Source: a virus. From it: a stretch of DNA of 64,000 bases. Both the position numbers and the translations under genes were made by a program. The notes beneath the pieces are model-generated. The model saw nothing but the letters and a program-made list of their open reading frames with translations, had not been told where the DNA came from and did no database searches. Location: the IMG/VR virus record IMGVR_UViG_3300027782_006229, positions 1-64,000 of that record, one strand, 5' to 3'. This document shows positions 19,762 through 29,764 of this stretch, one piece after another. Each line of letters starts with the position of its first letter. Position 1 is the stretch's first letter.

Positions 19762-20091
19762 TTATAATTTAAGATCAATAAGAGAATTATTCAACTCGAA
19801 TAATTCTTCTCTAATCCTAATTATCTGATCTATTTGATTATCAATACGCTTACCCTTTAAAAGTGGTATTTCCTTTACACCAGTTTCTAAAACTGACGCA
19901 ATATTATTAAGGGTGTTAACCATTTCTCCTATTTGAGAATAAATCTGTGTTAATTCATGAGGTAACTCTGGAGGAGCTTGAGCAGCTGCTTCTTGTTCGT
20001 TTTTAAGTAAGTCGTAAGCAGCTGAATAATCATCACCTAGCTTAGGTGGCTGAGCTCTTGCAACAGAGTATGGATCTCCTACATGTATCAT
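19762..20091 (-). CDS. Hypothetical late protein
   Basis: TATAAATA-N6-ATG. Confidence 0.6.
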   Translation of the reverse strand: MIHVGDPYSVARAQPPKLGDDYSAAYDLLKNEQEAAAQAPPELPHELTQIYSQIGEMVNTLNNIASVLETGVKEIPLLKGKRIDNQIDQIIRIREELFELNNSLIDLKL

Positions 20092-20124
20092 TAAATATAT
20101 TTATAACAATCAATAAATAATAGT

Positions 20125-20544
20125 ATGAGTAGCTTTACAAAAAAATTCTTCACACTCCTCGAACAAGATGGACAAGAACAAATCCCAACCCCAGATCAAG
20201 AAGCAATGGCTTCAACATTAGATGCTGAAACAGATCCAGCATCTCTTGGAGCTGATATTAATTCCCAAGCTGCAACAGCTGTAGCACAACAGCAACAACA
20301 AATGATTGGTACAGTGCAGTCTTGGATTGCTAAGCTTGATGAGTTTGTTAAGTATCTTAACTCACCAACAGGTGAATCTATTCAGAATACCCTCAAGGAT
20401 GCTTTACCTGATACAATTCTTGATAAAATTCGTACAACTGAAACAAAGAAGATTGCTCGTTCAGCTATGGACCTTGCAGCTCTTTCACAGATTTTCCAAG
20501 GTTACCTAGCAACAGCAAGAGATCCGAAGTACAAAGGAGTATAA
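20125..20544 (+). CDS. Putative capsid-internal protein
   Basis: ATAAATA-N5-ATG; MSSFTKKFFTLLEQ N-terminus. Confidence 0.6.
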   Translation: MSSFTKKFFTLLEQDGQEQIPTPDQEAMASTLDAETDPASLGADINSQAATAVAQQQQQMIGTVQSWIAKLDEFVKYLNSPTGESIQNTLKDALPDTILDKIRTTETKKIARSAMDLAALSQIFQGYLATARDPKYKGV

Positions 20545-20558
20545 TTTATAAATTAACG

Positions 20559-20595
20559 AAAAAAGCGAGTAGATTAGTTTCTACTCGCTTTTTTT
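20559..20595. terminator. Bidirectional intrinsic terminator
   Basis: AAAAAAGCGAGTAGA-TTAGTT-TCTACTCGCTTTTTT between convergent genes. Confidence 0.85.
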
Positions 20596-21614
20596 ATCTC
20601 TGCAAGTTTCACCATACCCATTAATCCGGTAAAACTATTTTCAATAATGAATTCAGGTGTAATTTCATTAAGACTATACTTCATAACAATGTCATTGAAG
20701 TCTTTTAATTTTTTACCATATTTTGCAGGCCAAATAAAAACGGTTTCACTTTTATCAAGTAATTTTTCAGTTTTAACTAATGATGTATTATCAATCCACT
20801 GAGAGTCTAGCACCCAAATACGAGTATAAAATTGAAAACGAGTAAGCTGTTGTTGTTGGGTCTCGGTAAATAGATGTTCTCCTTTCGAAATACCAGCAAC
20901 AGCTAACCCATTTTTAGTAAACATTGCATTAATTGGACCTTCAAACAGAAATATATAGTTAAGATCGTCTTTTACATTACTAATGCCATAAAGAGACTTA
21001 TCGCTCCCCATCTTAGACGTATATTTTGACTTAATATCATTACCACTCTGTATGACCGTTCGAGACTGATAGAAAATAATATCTCCATGTTCATTATAAA
21101 ATGGAATAACCAATCTATTTTTATGTACCTTATCTTTTAATGAAACATACAAAGCTTTGGGTTTGTTGATAGATTTATGAATTCGTCTTTCCTTGATAAG
21201 CTTGAGACATGCTCTAACAACCTCATTATCTTTATGAAAATTTACTTGAGTTTTATCAAATAGATTGATTGAATCAGTAGGCAATGTTGGTGCAACATAT
21301 TCTTTCTTTATTACCGCATCTTTGAAATCGTATACCTTTGAAGTATCGTACTTACTAGCTTCATCTAGAATTTGAGCATATGTAAGCCCTGATATTTTTT
21401 CAATCCACTTAAGTGGTAGTGAACTCCAACCACAATTATGACAGAATATATTATTATTCTTCGGAATGTAAAAACATCTGCGTTTTGAACCTAAAGATTT
21501 ACCTTCACGACAAATAGGACACCCGCATTGATAAGTTTTATTGTATTTGTTGCGTTTAGGCTGATACCCGTACGTATAAAATTTTTCAATGATGTATTCT
21601 TCAGGTAATATCAT
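20574..21614 (-). CDS. gp61: DNA primase, T4 gp61-like
   Basis: CPIC...CHNCG zinc finger, RLVIPFY, FEGPINA TOPRIM, KDFND. Confidence 0.9.
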   Translation of the reverse strand: MILPEEYIIEKFYTYGYQPKRNKYNKTYQCGCPICREGKSLGSKRRCFYIPKNNNIFCHNCGWSSLPLKWIEKISGLTYAQILDEASKYDTSKVYDFKDAVIKKEYVAPTLPTDSINLFDKTQVNFHKDNEVVRACLKLIKERRIHKSINKPKALYVSLKDKVHKNRLVIPFYNEHGDIIFYQSRTVIQSGNDIKSKYTSKMGSDKSLYGISNVKDDLNYIFLFEGPINAMFTKNGLAVAGISKGEHLFTETQQQQLTRFQFYTRIWVLDSQWIDNTSLVKTEKLLDKSETVFIWPAKYGKKLKDFNDIVMKYSLNEITPEFIIENSFTGLMGMVKLAEIKKASRN

Positions 21615-22477
21615 TTTAATAGTTTCACAATATAACTTTCATAGTCGTTACCAAAGCAAAAAATATCGTACCATCTATCTTGCTTCTTCAAAATAGAATC
21701 TAATTTAAGTTCTTCACAATACAACTTAAATTGTTTGAAATCATGATTTTGTGCAATATCTAATTGCTCTTTATACCATTCATGTTCATCTGCATGCATA
21801 GTATACTTGTCTAATCTAAAAAGACTATAGTTTCTTTTAAACTCTTCGCTTTGCTCAGCTGTAGTTGCATATTCACCATCAAAATATTTTTTAATTTTTT
21901 TCTTACCCATACCAGTTACACCAGGTACGTTATCAGACTTATCACCTCTAAAACATTTTTCAACGAGATAATGCTCTTTTGTAACTTTCATTATATCTAA
22001 AAAGTTATCAGCGGTAATTTCACACTTTTTAATAGGATCATATACAGTAACGTTAGCATTAATGCATTGACATAGGTCTTTATCAACAGTAACTATAACT
22101 TTCTTACCAGGGAGCTCTTTGCAAAGGTAAGCCATGCAGTCATCTGCTTCAAGACGTAACGGGAAGAAGTTTTTTACACCAAGACAGCTTAGTAAATGCT
22201 TAATATGCTCGTTTTTAGAGTGAACTTGAGCACTATATTCACGATCTCGATTACCTTTATAGTCAGCGAACATATCTTTACGTTCGTTTACACCATAATC
22301 CTTCTTTTCATCCCAGCAGCAGTAAATTTTATCAGGTTTAAACTTTTCTACATAGGTTTTAACTGAGTTAAGTACCATATATACATGGAGATAAGAGTCT
22401 TCACCTTTAACTTGGTTGTTAGCTACCCAGAAGCAACGATGCACAAGGTTATTTCCGTCTATAATAAGGGTCTTCAT
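21611..22477 (-). CDS. rnh: 5'-3' exonuclease / T4 RNase H
   Basis: IIDGNN, YKGNR, EADD, DKDL.Q, GDKSDNVPGV. Confidence 0.9.
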   Translation of the reverse strand: MKTLIIDGNNLVHRCFWVANNQVKGEDSYLHVYMVLNSVKTYVEKFKPDKIYCCWDEKKDYGVNERKDMFADYKGNRDREYSAQVHSKNEHIKHLLSCLGVKNFFPLRLEADDCMAYLCKELPGKKVIVTVDKDLCQCINANVTVYDPIKKCEITADNFLDIMKVTKEHYLVEKCFRGDKSDNVPGVTGMGKKKIKKYFDGEYATTAEQSEEFKRNYSLFRLDKYTMHADEHEWYKEQLDIAQNHDFKQFKLYCEELKLDSILKKQDRWYDIFCFGNDYESYIVKLLK

Positions 22478-22483
22478 AACCTT

Positions 22484-22500
22484 ATTATAGACGTTTTCCT
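22484..22500 (-). promoter_or_regulatory. AGGAAA-N5-TATAAT promoter
   Basis: TTGATT...AGGAAA ACGTC TATAAT, 6 nt before ATG. Confidence 0.7.
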
Positions 22501-22507
22501 TATAAAA

Positions 22508-23743
22508 TCAAGCTAAAAGAGCTTGAACAGGTTTACCTTTATCTGCAACCTTGAATGGTCTGCCTTCTGGTGAGATTACAATTTGATCTACTGGTAATCC
22601 TGCTGCAGCTGCAATAGTAGCATTGAAGTCAGATGGGCTAACAATGTTTTCAACTGATTTCATACCTTTTTCATCAGATTTACCATATGCTTGACCACCT
22701 TTGATACCGGCACCAATGAGTACTCCAGAGAAAGCACCTGGATGGTGGTCTCTACCGTTATTAATGTTAATATTTGGTGTTCTACCAAAGTCTGTTGCAA
22801 TTACAATAAGGGTTTTATCATAAAGCCCAGATGCTTTAAGGTCTTCAATGAGAGCATTAACAGCTTGATCAAGAATCTTAAGTTTACCTTCAAGAGATTC
22901 AAAGTTATTAACGTGAGTATCCCAACCACCATCAGTAACTTCAATAAACTTACAATTACCTTGTTCAATTAAACGTTTTGCTAAGCAAACACCTTGACCA
23001 AAACGATTATTACCGTATTTGTCTCTGGTTACTTGATCTACCTTAGAAAGATCGAAGACATCAAGCTCATTTGAATTAAGAAGACGAATTGTTTGGTCAT
23101 AAAACTCAGCATATGACTTTTGAGCTGGGTTAACAATCTTATTAGCATCTTTTTCAAGCTTATCTAAGATTTCAATTCTCTTAGAAAACTCTGCTGCATT
23201 TTTAAGCTTAGTATTATCAAGACCTCTCATTGGATCTGCTATTGGAATAGGAGAATACTTTTTAGGCATCCAACCAGAACCAGGATGATCAGCACCACCG
23301 CCGATTAAAACGTTTTGAGGTACAACTTTTGGTTTATTATCCTCTGTATAATGACACATCCATGCTCCCATATTAGGGTGAACGATTGTACCAATCTTCT
23401 TGAATGATGTTTTTTGTAAATACTGTGCTGCAGCGTGATCACCTGTTGTAACCATCATAGAACGAACAACAGCCATCTTATCACCATGTTTTGCCATGAG
23501 AGGAAGGTGTTCTGAAATCTGATAACCAGCATTAGTGTTAATTGGATTGAATACACCCTTTACTTCTGCATGTGCTTTTGGATCAAATGTATCCAAATGG
23601 CTCATACCACCATTCATAAAGAGGTAAATGATATGTTCTGCTTTTTTACCTGCAGGAGCAGCTGCTACATGTGGTAGAACGGTTACACCTAAGCCTGCTG
23701 ATGCAAGATTAAGCACGAAATTACGTCTTGTTAAGTTATTCAT
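22508..23743 (-). CDS. DUF1501 family protein with Tat signal
   Basis: TRRNF Tat motif; IYLFMNGGMSHLDTFDPK, GGWDTH, TDFGRTP, GRDHHP. Confidence 0.9.
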   Translation of the reverse strand: MNNLTRRNFVLNLASAGLGVTVLPHVAAAPAGKKAEHIIYLFMNGGMSHLDTFDPKAHAEVKGVFNPINTNAGYQISEHLPLMAKHGDKMAVVRSMMVTTGDHAAAQYLQKTSFKKIGTIVHPNMGAWMCHYTEDNKPKVVPQNVLIGGGADHPGSGWMPKKYSPIPIADPMRGLDNTKLKNAAEFSKRIEILDKLEKDANKIVNPAQKSYAEFYDQTIRLLNSNELDVFDLSKVDQVTRDKYGNNRFGQGVCLAKRLIEQGNCKFIEVTDGGWDTHVNNFESLEGKLKILDQAVNALIEDLKASGLYDKTLIVIATDFGRTPNININNGRDHHPGAFSGVLIGAGIKGGQAYGKSDEKGMKSVENIVSPSDFNATIAAAAGLPVDQIVISPEGRPFKVADKGKPVQALLA

Positions 23744-23751
23744 GGCTTTTA

Positions 23752-25539
23752 TTATTTATTGAATTTGAACTCCGAACTATTAACTAGTGCCCAGATGATG
23801 TCATCATCCTGAACACCAACAAACTTACTTTTTTCATCAATTGTTGGTTTTCTAACCAATATAGACTTAAAAATAACATCAATTGTATCAGCTGGTGATT
23901 TGCCTGTAAGTGTTTTTGCAAGATTTGTGTCTTTATTGATTGCAACTTCAGCTAATTGACCATTCATAAAAGAAATAACTTGTGTAACTGAACCTTCCTT
24001 TGAAGATGTATCAATTAATTCTCTATCACTACGACCAAGTTGTTCAAGAATCGTATTAACTGGATTGTTATCATTAACTTCAGACGCTCTCACTAGAGGG
24101 TAGTTACGATATTTTGGAGCTGTTTCATATTTTGAACGAATCACCTTTTGATATTCTTCATTTTTAGCTTTTAATTTATCAATTGCCAAATCTTCGATAC
24201 TATATCTCATTATTTTAACATATTCATCTTGGAAAGTTAACTTAAATGTTTCAGGCTTAGCAATAGCGATAGACATAACTGAATCCCACAATTGCTCTGC
24301 TGTTAAACGTTGTTTGACTGGTCCAATGAACACAAATTTATCTGTATTAGTATACATGCCGTCATAGAGTTCTCTTTGAAACAATGTTGTATTGTAAAGA
24401 ACATACAGGAATTGCTTAGTATCATAGTTAACGTCTACCATAATCTTAGCAAGAGTGTTCATAAGCTCACCATTAAGCTCTTTTTCATCGTGAATATTAT
24501 CATAGTTATCCATTATATGTTTACCAAACACCCATTTCCAGTAACGATTAGCAATGTTTTTAGTGAATGTTGGATGATTTGGGTTAACTAACCAGCTAAT
24601 AACATCCTTTCTCATATCAACCTTATTGTTAATTTCAGTCTTACCAGAAAGGACTGCAGGTATAACAACATCGCCTGGTTTTGCATCTTTATAATTGTAA
24701 TCATGAGGTAGTTTCAATACACGCTTTTCATCTACTTCAATATTAGATCTCATAGCATTAACAAAGTTGTTAATAGTATTGTTTAACCCACGGTTCTTTA
24801 TAGGATCAGCTTTAATTATAGCATCAATTTCTTCTCTCAAAGCTTTCTGACGAGCTGCTACCGCTGGATCTTTATCTTTACCACGACCTCTAAGTTCTAT
24901 CTGGGTAAACATAGCAGCCATCTTATAAAACTGCATTTGGGTGAAGTCTTGGAAAGGATCATCATGGCATTGTGCACAACCAATATCGGTTCCCATGAAT
25001 ACTTTACCTGTACCAATAAGGTTATCTAATGGCATTCCTAAATCACGATAGAAGTATCCTGTTGCTGGGTTATCATAATATGAACCTGTTGATGTTAACA
25101 GATCTGTAACAAACTTTGAATAAGATTTGTTAGCTGTGATTGAGTCTTTAACATAATCAATGTAAGGACCACCAGAAAAATTGTTAGTGGTGTTAATTCT
25201 ATCACGCAATCTTAATGATTCAGCCCAGAAGTTAAACATATGTGATGTATAACCTGGATGGTTCATAAGAAACTGTATTAAACCTCGTCTCTTATTAGGG
25301 TCTGTTGCTTTATTAAACAAGTCATACTCTTCATAGGTTGGATTTCTACCAATTATTGTAAGATACGCTCGTCGTAAAAATTTATCATCATCAATTTTAC
25401 CAAGTGGTATAACATTAGCTGCTACGTATTGTTTTTGTAACACAGAATCAATATTACTACTGTATGTGTTAAGTTGATCTAAAGTTGCACCAAATGATAG
25501 AGCGCAAACACTTACTAATATAGCTATAAGTTTTTTCAT
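23752..25539 (-). CDS. DUF1549/DUF1553 (PSCyt2/PSD1) planctomycete-type cytochrome-domain protein
   Basis: Signal peptide; FLRRAYLTIIGRNPT, FMGTDIGCAQCHD (CxxCH), NRYWKWVFG, RLTAEQLWDS, DIIWALVNSSEFKFN. Confidence 0.9.
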   Translation of the reverse strand: MKKLIAILVSVCALSFGATLDQLNTYSSNIDSVLQKQYVAANVIPLGKIDDDKFLRRAYLTIIGRNPTYEEYDLFNKATDPNKRRGLIQFLMNHPGYTSHMFNFWAESLRLRDRINTTNNFSGGPYIDYVKDSITANKSYSKFVTDLLTSTGSYYDNPATGYFYRDLGMPLDNLIGTGKVFMGTDIGCAQCHDDPFQDFTQMQFYKMAAMFTQIELRGRGKDKDPAVAARQKALREEIDAIIKADPIKNRGLNNTINNFVNAMRSNIEVDEKRVLKLPHDYNYKDAKPGDVVIPAVLSGKTEINNKVDMRKDVISWLVNPNHPTFTKNIANRYWKWVFGKHIMDNYDNIHDEKELNGELMNTLAKIMVDVNYDTKQFLYVLYNTTLFQRELYDGMYTNTDKFVFIGPVKQRLTAEQLWDSVMSIAIAKPETFKLTFQDEYVKIMRYSIEDLAIDKLKAKNEEYQKVIRSKYETAPKYRNYPLVRASEVNDNNPVNTILEQLGRSDRELIDTSSKEGSVTQVISFMNGQLAEVAINKDTNLAKTLTGKSPADTIDVIFKSILVRKPTIDEKSKFVGVQDDDIIWALVNSSEFKFNK

Positions 25540-25551
25540 AGTAGTCTTTTA

Positions 25552-25845
25552 TTATTTAATAACTTTATTTTTATTATAAAGATATTGTGATTTTAAAAGA
25601 CTATAAATGTTGTTAGGTAACTTTTCAACTTCTTCGAGTATTTTATTTTCAACACCGAAGAAAAACCTATCTTTAGGTACTTCTCTGTTTATATTTTTAG
25701 GAATAGAGATGAAATAAAAATTTTTATCATCCTTTTCCATGTAAACGAACATTTCACCTACATAATGCCCATTCTGAACAGCATATGGTATGCTTTTTTT
25801 AGGTTCAGGCTCTCGTTTAAAAATCATCCCCACCATATTTGTCAT
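25552..25845 (-). CDS. Hypothetical protein
   Basis: ORF within the replication operon. Confidence 0.6.
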   Translation of the reverse strand: MTNMVGMIFKREPEPKKSIPYAVQNGHYVGEMFVYMEKDDKNFYFISIPKNINREVPKDRFFFGVENKILEEVEKLPNNIYSLLKSQYLYNKNKVIK

Positions 25846-26188
25846 TAAATTTACCCATTTGAATTGCGAAAAACTTCATTAGTAATGAATGTAATGCATC
25901 TGCATGTATGGGTGTATTACATTTTGTTAAAGCTATAGGTACACCTTCACTATTATACCCTAATAACATAAAACAATCAAGAAATTCACTTATTGTACAA
26001 ACAAGAGCATTATTAATATCTTCAACCCCTTTGTTTTTCTTTACTTCTTTCAGTTTGTTAGAAAGAATTTCATTTATTAGATTTTTAATATCTATATTCG
26101 ATTGCACCTTCTCAGTCTCATCTTGAGAAGGTGCTTTGGGAGTGATTTTTTTCCTTTTATATTTTTTAGGTTCATCACTCATAAACAT
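25817..26188 (-). CDS. Hypothetical protein
   Basis: ORF within the operon; TAAATA upstream. Confidence 0.6.
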   Translation of the reverse strand: MFMSDEPKKYKRKKITPKAPSQDETEKVQSNIDIKNLINEILSNKLKEVKKNKGVEDINNALVCTISEFLDCFMLLGYNSEGVPIALTKCNTPIHADALHSLLMKFFAIQMGKFNDKYGGDDF

Positions 26189-26190
26189 AT

Positions 26191-26544
26191 TTAATCCAGT
26201 TTATAAAACGGATTAGTTGTGTCATTTTGTGATATACCTTTTTCAAGCAAATATTCCACAATAACCTCAATAGAATGGGTTTTGATAAAGTAGTTACGAG
26301 GAAACCTCACCCCACCATCATCAATTTCAAACATAATTTCATTAAGTTTTTCTTTATTTTGATAACATGTAATAAACACAGATGTAACACCTGGATCCAC
26401 AAGAATAGTCCACTTACGTGGATCAGAAATCCCATATTTCTGGAATATTCTAAGAGTAATAAAACCACTATCTTTTAAACGCTTAATAAAATATCCTGAT
26501 GTTTTAAGCTTATTTTTGTCTTGGTATGTTAGTATGTGGTCCAT
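26191..26544 (-). CDS. Hypothetical protein
   Basis: ORF within the operon. Confidence 0.65.
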   Translation of the reverse strand: MDHILTYQDKNKLKTSGYFIKRLKDSGFITLRIFQKYGISDPRKWTILVDPGVTSVFITCYQNKEKLNEIMFEIDDGGVRFPRNYFIKTHSIEVIVEYLLEKGISQNDTTNPFYKLD

Positions 26545-26545
26545 G

Positions 26546-27256
26546 TTATTGTGTGAGTGATGATAAAATATATCTTAATTTAAGCGGCCCTTGATCAATA
26601 TCAAATATAAGTACCCCATACTTATTATTGATCGATACACTTACATTATCTGAATTAATAAGTTTAAAGTTATCAAAGTTAATAGGTATATTTTTAAGTT
26701 CATTACCAACTATATTTTTACCTACTTGCAATTGAAATGAATCTGTATTATGTCTAGCTTTATCTGTAAGCTCACACTTTACCATACCATCTTCAAGATA
26801 AAAATAAATTTTATTAGTTTCGGTAGTAAAAGTAGAAGCTTTATTAATTTTACTAAAATCCTCTTTTACCAACTCAAAAGTAAAGTCGGTATCAAAGGAC
26901 ATAATCTTTTCAGGTTTAACTGAAGGGGGTGCAATGAAATCATCTTCAAAAAGGTGATATTTAAATTTAATTTCTGGGGATTTATACTCCAGGTTATTTT
27001 GATTAACCTGGAGTTCAATTTCATCACTATTAATACAGTCTAAAACTCGATTAAGTTTTTTTAAGTCCGGTATACATAAGGATCTTTCGGATTCATTCGA
27101 ATGGTTTAGAATCGCGTAAAGGATCAACGTATTGTCCGTCGACGTTACTATCGACGATATTTTCTCCTTCTCCACTTTCACTATACACTGATCGTTTATC
27201 TTCGCTAGAGACTCTAGAAACTTTTCGATTTGTTGCTTTTTTAACTTTAACTTCAT
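26546..27256 (-). CDS. gp45: Sliding clamp, T4 gp45-like
   Basis: 236 aa; CIPDLKKL, IKFKY, NFKLI patterns; located near SSB and helicase. Confidence 0.7.
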   Translation of the reverse strand: MKLKLKKQQIEKFLESLAKINDQCIVKVEKEKISSIVTSTDNTLILYAILNHSNESERSLCIPDLKKLNRVLDCINSDEIELQVNQNNLEYKSPEIKFKYHLFEDDFIAPPSVKPEKIMSFDTDFTFELVKEDFSKINKASTFTTETNKIYFYLEDGMVKCELTDKARHNTDSFQLQVGKNIVGNELKNIPINFDNFKLINSDNVSVSINNKYGVLIFDIDQGPLKLRYILSSLTQ

Positions 27257-27614
27257 ATTGTGTGAATAATTCTACTAACTTACCAAGATTGCTTTCAATA
27301 CCTTTTAATATAGAAACAATATCTGAATTATCAACTAGTTGAATAGGTCTAGATTCTTGTGGGTGTTGAATAACATGTGGTAAATTAACAGTATTTGGTG
27401 GTAGTTGAGGTGGTGGAGCAAATTGAGGTTGTGGTGGTGGAGGTGGCTGAGCATTTCTCAACGTACTCTCAAACAACTGCTTAACCTGCTCACTTTGAGG
27501 TCTCAAATGAGCTGATTGACCAACTAAATTTTGATCAATTTTTCTAGCCTCACCATAAACGCTACCCATTAAATTGAGTAGCATTTTTTGTTGTTCAATT
27601 GCGTCTGGGTTCAT
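27093..27614 (-). CDS. Pro/Gln-rich hypothetical protein (3' end overlaps the clamp gene)
   Basis: Starts at the SSB stop (ATGA overlap). Confidence 0.6.
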   Translation of the reverse strand: MNPDAIEQQKMLLNLMGSVYGEARKIDQNLVGQSAHLRPQSEQVKQLFESTLRNAQPPPPPQPQFAPPPQLPPNTVNLPHVIQHPQESRPIQLVDNSDIVSILKGIESNLGKLVELFTQYEVKVKKATNRKVSRVSSEDKRSVYSESGEGENIVDSNVDGQYVDPLRDSKPFE

Positions 27615-28462
27615 AGATCTTTAAGAAGTTCATCGATATCAGCATCTTCAATACTAGAAGAATTAACTGATGGTTGCTTAACCTTATTACTAAGCTCTGC
27701 AATCGCTTCATCTGCTTCAGGTAATGAAGTTGTAGTTTCACGGTCTTCAGCGGTCTTACAATAAAAATGCTCATCAAGCATTTGCTTAAGCTCATCTTCA
27801 GTCTTAACCCGGAATACATTTTCAAGGTCATGTGTAGACTCAAGAACTTCATCTTGCTTGGATTCACTCAAACCAAGATCTTTACCCACAGAAGTAAATC
27901 GTGAAGAAGTATATACTGGATAGTCACCTTGCTTTTCAACCTTAATCTTGAAGTTAACACCTTCTTTAGATAGATCAAAAACTCGCATACCGAACTCTTC
28001 AGCTTCATCACCACTAATAGCGCTATTGATAATATTACCAAGCTGTTTACCATAACGAAGAATTTTTACTTTGCCGTTATTTTCTGGCTTAGACGGATCA
28101 TCAATTACATAAACATTAGTAAGCCATTGTTCGGCACGACGAATAGTTTTCATTTTCTCTTTTTCTTCTTCAGTACCGGTACGAAGAACTTTATATCTTT
28201 CTTCAGCAATAGGATCACGTTCACCGAATGTAGTAGGTGAAATAGCACTTACATACTTACCAGTAGCAAGAGAATTCCAACCATGCGTAAAATGATGAAA
28301 AAGAGACTGCTTTGGATTTTTTGTATTAGGTAGAAGCCTTACTGTATAGGTATTACCAGGTTTAAGTTGCATAATATCTTGCAAACTTCCTTGCTTATTA
28401 TCTTGCGAAGTTAAAGCTTCTTTAATGGAATCGAACATTGACGTTAGGTTATATTTACTCAT
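27611..28462 (-). CDS. gp32: Single-stranded DNA-binding protein, T4 gp32-like
   Basis: VRLLP, NVYVIDDP..PENNGKVKI.RYGK, acidic C-terminal tail DIDELLKDL. Confidence 0.9.
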   Translation of the reverse strand: MSKYNLTSMFDSIKEALTSQDNKQGSLQDIMQLKPGNTYTVRLLPNTKNPKQSLFHHFTHGWNSLATGKYVSAISPTTFGERDPIAEERYKVLRTGTEEEKEKMKTIRRAEQWLTNVYVIDDPSKPENNGKVKILRYGKQLGNIINSAISGDEAEEFGMRVFDLSKEGVNFKIKVEKQGDYPVYTSSRFTSVGKDLGLSESKQDEVLESTHDLENVFRVKTEDELKQMLDEHFYCKTAEDRETTTSLPEADEAIAELSNKVKQPSVNSSSIEDADIDELLKDL

Positions 28463-28473
28463 AGTATATCTTA

Positions 28474-29163
28474 TTATAAATTAGGTTTTGATAAATTCAA
28501 CAGTTTTTTTTCAATTATTTTTAATCCTTCTCTAATTACTATTTTAAGTCTTTGAGATGCAATAAATCTATTTCGGGTTTTGTAAAATAGATCGTAAAAA
28601 TCTTTACAATAAAAGTCTAATAACTCTGGTTCTACACTCTTAATTTGTTTTTCCACATCTAACCCATGTAATATATAGAAATTAATTAAATGGGATTTGA
28701 GGTTAATTAAAAATAACGGTACGGGTGGTTGTGATGTCTTGTACTGTGATAGAGTTATACTATTTTGCAAACACTGATTGTATATATTTTTAAGAGCATC
28801 TTTACAATCTTGAATAGTTAGCTCATTATCTGGGTCTTGAGTTTCTTTTTTTCTCATATATTGAGAATAAGCAATAATTGCCTTTCTCATATGATAAAAA
28901 CTCAAATCAAAATATTCTTCTTTTGAATAAATTTCATATGGTGCCCAGAAAAAGTCATTACATGAAATTGTCTGGTTTGTATTAAAAAATACACCGAGTT
29001 TTTTTAGACTGATATAAATTTCATCTGATATATCAGTAAAATTTTGTCTTAATCTGAATGGTTTGTTTTTAGCTTTTTTGGATGCAATTAAGAATGCATT
29101 ATAAATTCTCTTTTCATCTTCTGTGATATCATTTTTTGAGAGAATTGATGTATTTTGTGACAT
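28474..29163 (-). CDS. Hypothetical protein (position of the T4 gp59 helicase loader)
   Basis: Synteny next to gp32 only. Confidence 0.45.
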   Translation of the reverse strand: MSQNTSILSKNDITEDEKRIYNAFLIASKKAKNKPFRLRQNFTDISDEIYISLKKLGVFFNTNQTISCNDFFWAPYEIYSKEEYFDLSFYHMRKAIIAYSQYMRKKETQDPDNELTIQDCKDALKNIYNQCLQNSITLSQYKTSQPPVPLFLINLKSHLINFYILHGLDVEKQIKSVEPELLDFYCKDFYDLFYKTRNRFIASQRLKIVIREGLKIIEKKLLNLSKPNL

Positions 29164-29416
29164 ATTTTGACTTTGTAATTGTATTATCGTAATCTATAAA
29201 CATTTTAACTATTTCAAAGTCAGAATCAACGTCTAAAATTCTCTTTAATATGTTTTTCAATTTTATATCTTTAAGAATCAATAGAAATACGTTTTGAAAA
29301 GAAAGTTTTTTACCAACTAGAAGTGTACAAAATGTACAAAAAGATAATAAAGAGTGCTCTGTTTCATCTTCAACCAAAAAGTGGGCTGGATTATAGTTTT
29401 TGTTTGTAATTAACAT
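29129..29416 (-). CDS. Hypothetical protein
   Basis: ORF within the operon. Confidence 0.55.
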   Translation of the reverse strand: MLITNKNYNPAHFLVEDETEHSLLSFCTFCTLLVGKKLSFQNVFLLILKDIKLKNILKRILDVDSDFEIVKMFIDYDNTITKSKYVTKYINSLKK

Positions 29417-29736
29417 GGCTTGAAATGTTTGGTTAGACCTAAAAATTCTTTAGTGAATGAGAAAATATGGCCTGAGCCTTTATTAAACACCTTTTTGTTA
29501 AAATCATTGATGTTAACATCAGAAATTTCACTCTTATACACAACAACCTCTTTGTTTTTAGTGTTAACAACTAGTAAAACATCGCAGTTAAACTTCTTTT
29601 GGCATAATTTAATAAATTCAGGTGTTACAACACCAGTATCAAAAAAACTTACAAACATTTTACCGTTGAGTTTTAGTTGAAAAAACTGTGTTGTTTTGAA
29701 TTTTTCTTTAAGGTAATCTATAAAGCTTTGGTTCAC
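29410..29736 (-). CDS. Hypothetical protein, possibly a DHHA1-like fragment
   Basis: DVLLVVN...KGSGH pattern; TAAATA-N5-GTG start. Confidence 0.4.
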   Translation of the reverse strand: MNQSFIDYLKEKFKTTQFFQLKLNGKMFVSFFDTGVVTPEFIKLCQKKFNCDVLLVVNTKNKEVVVYKSEISDVNINDFNKKVFNKGSGHIFSFTKEFLGLTKHFKPC

Positions 29737-29764
29737 CTCATTATTTAGAGGTTACTCCAAATAA

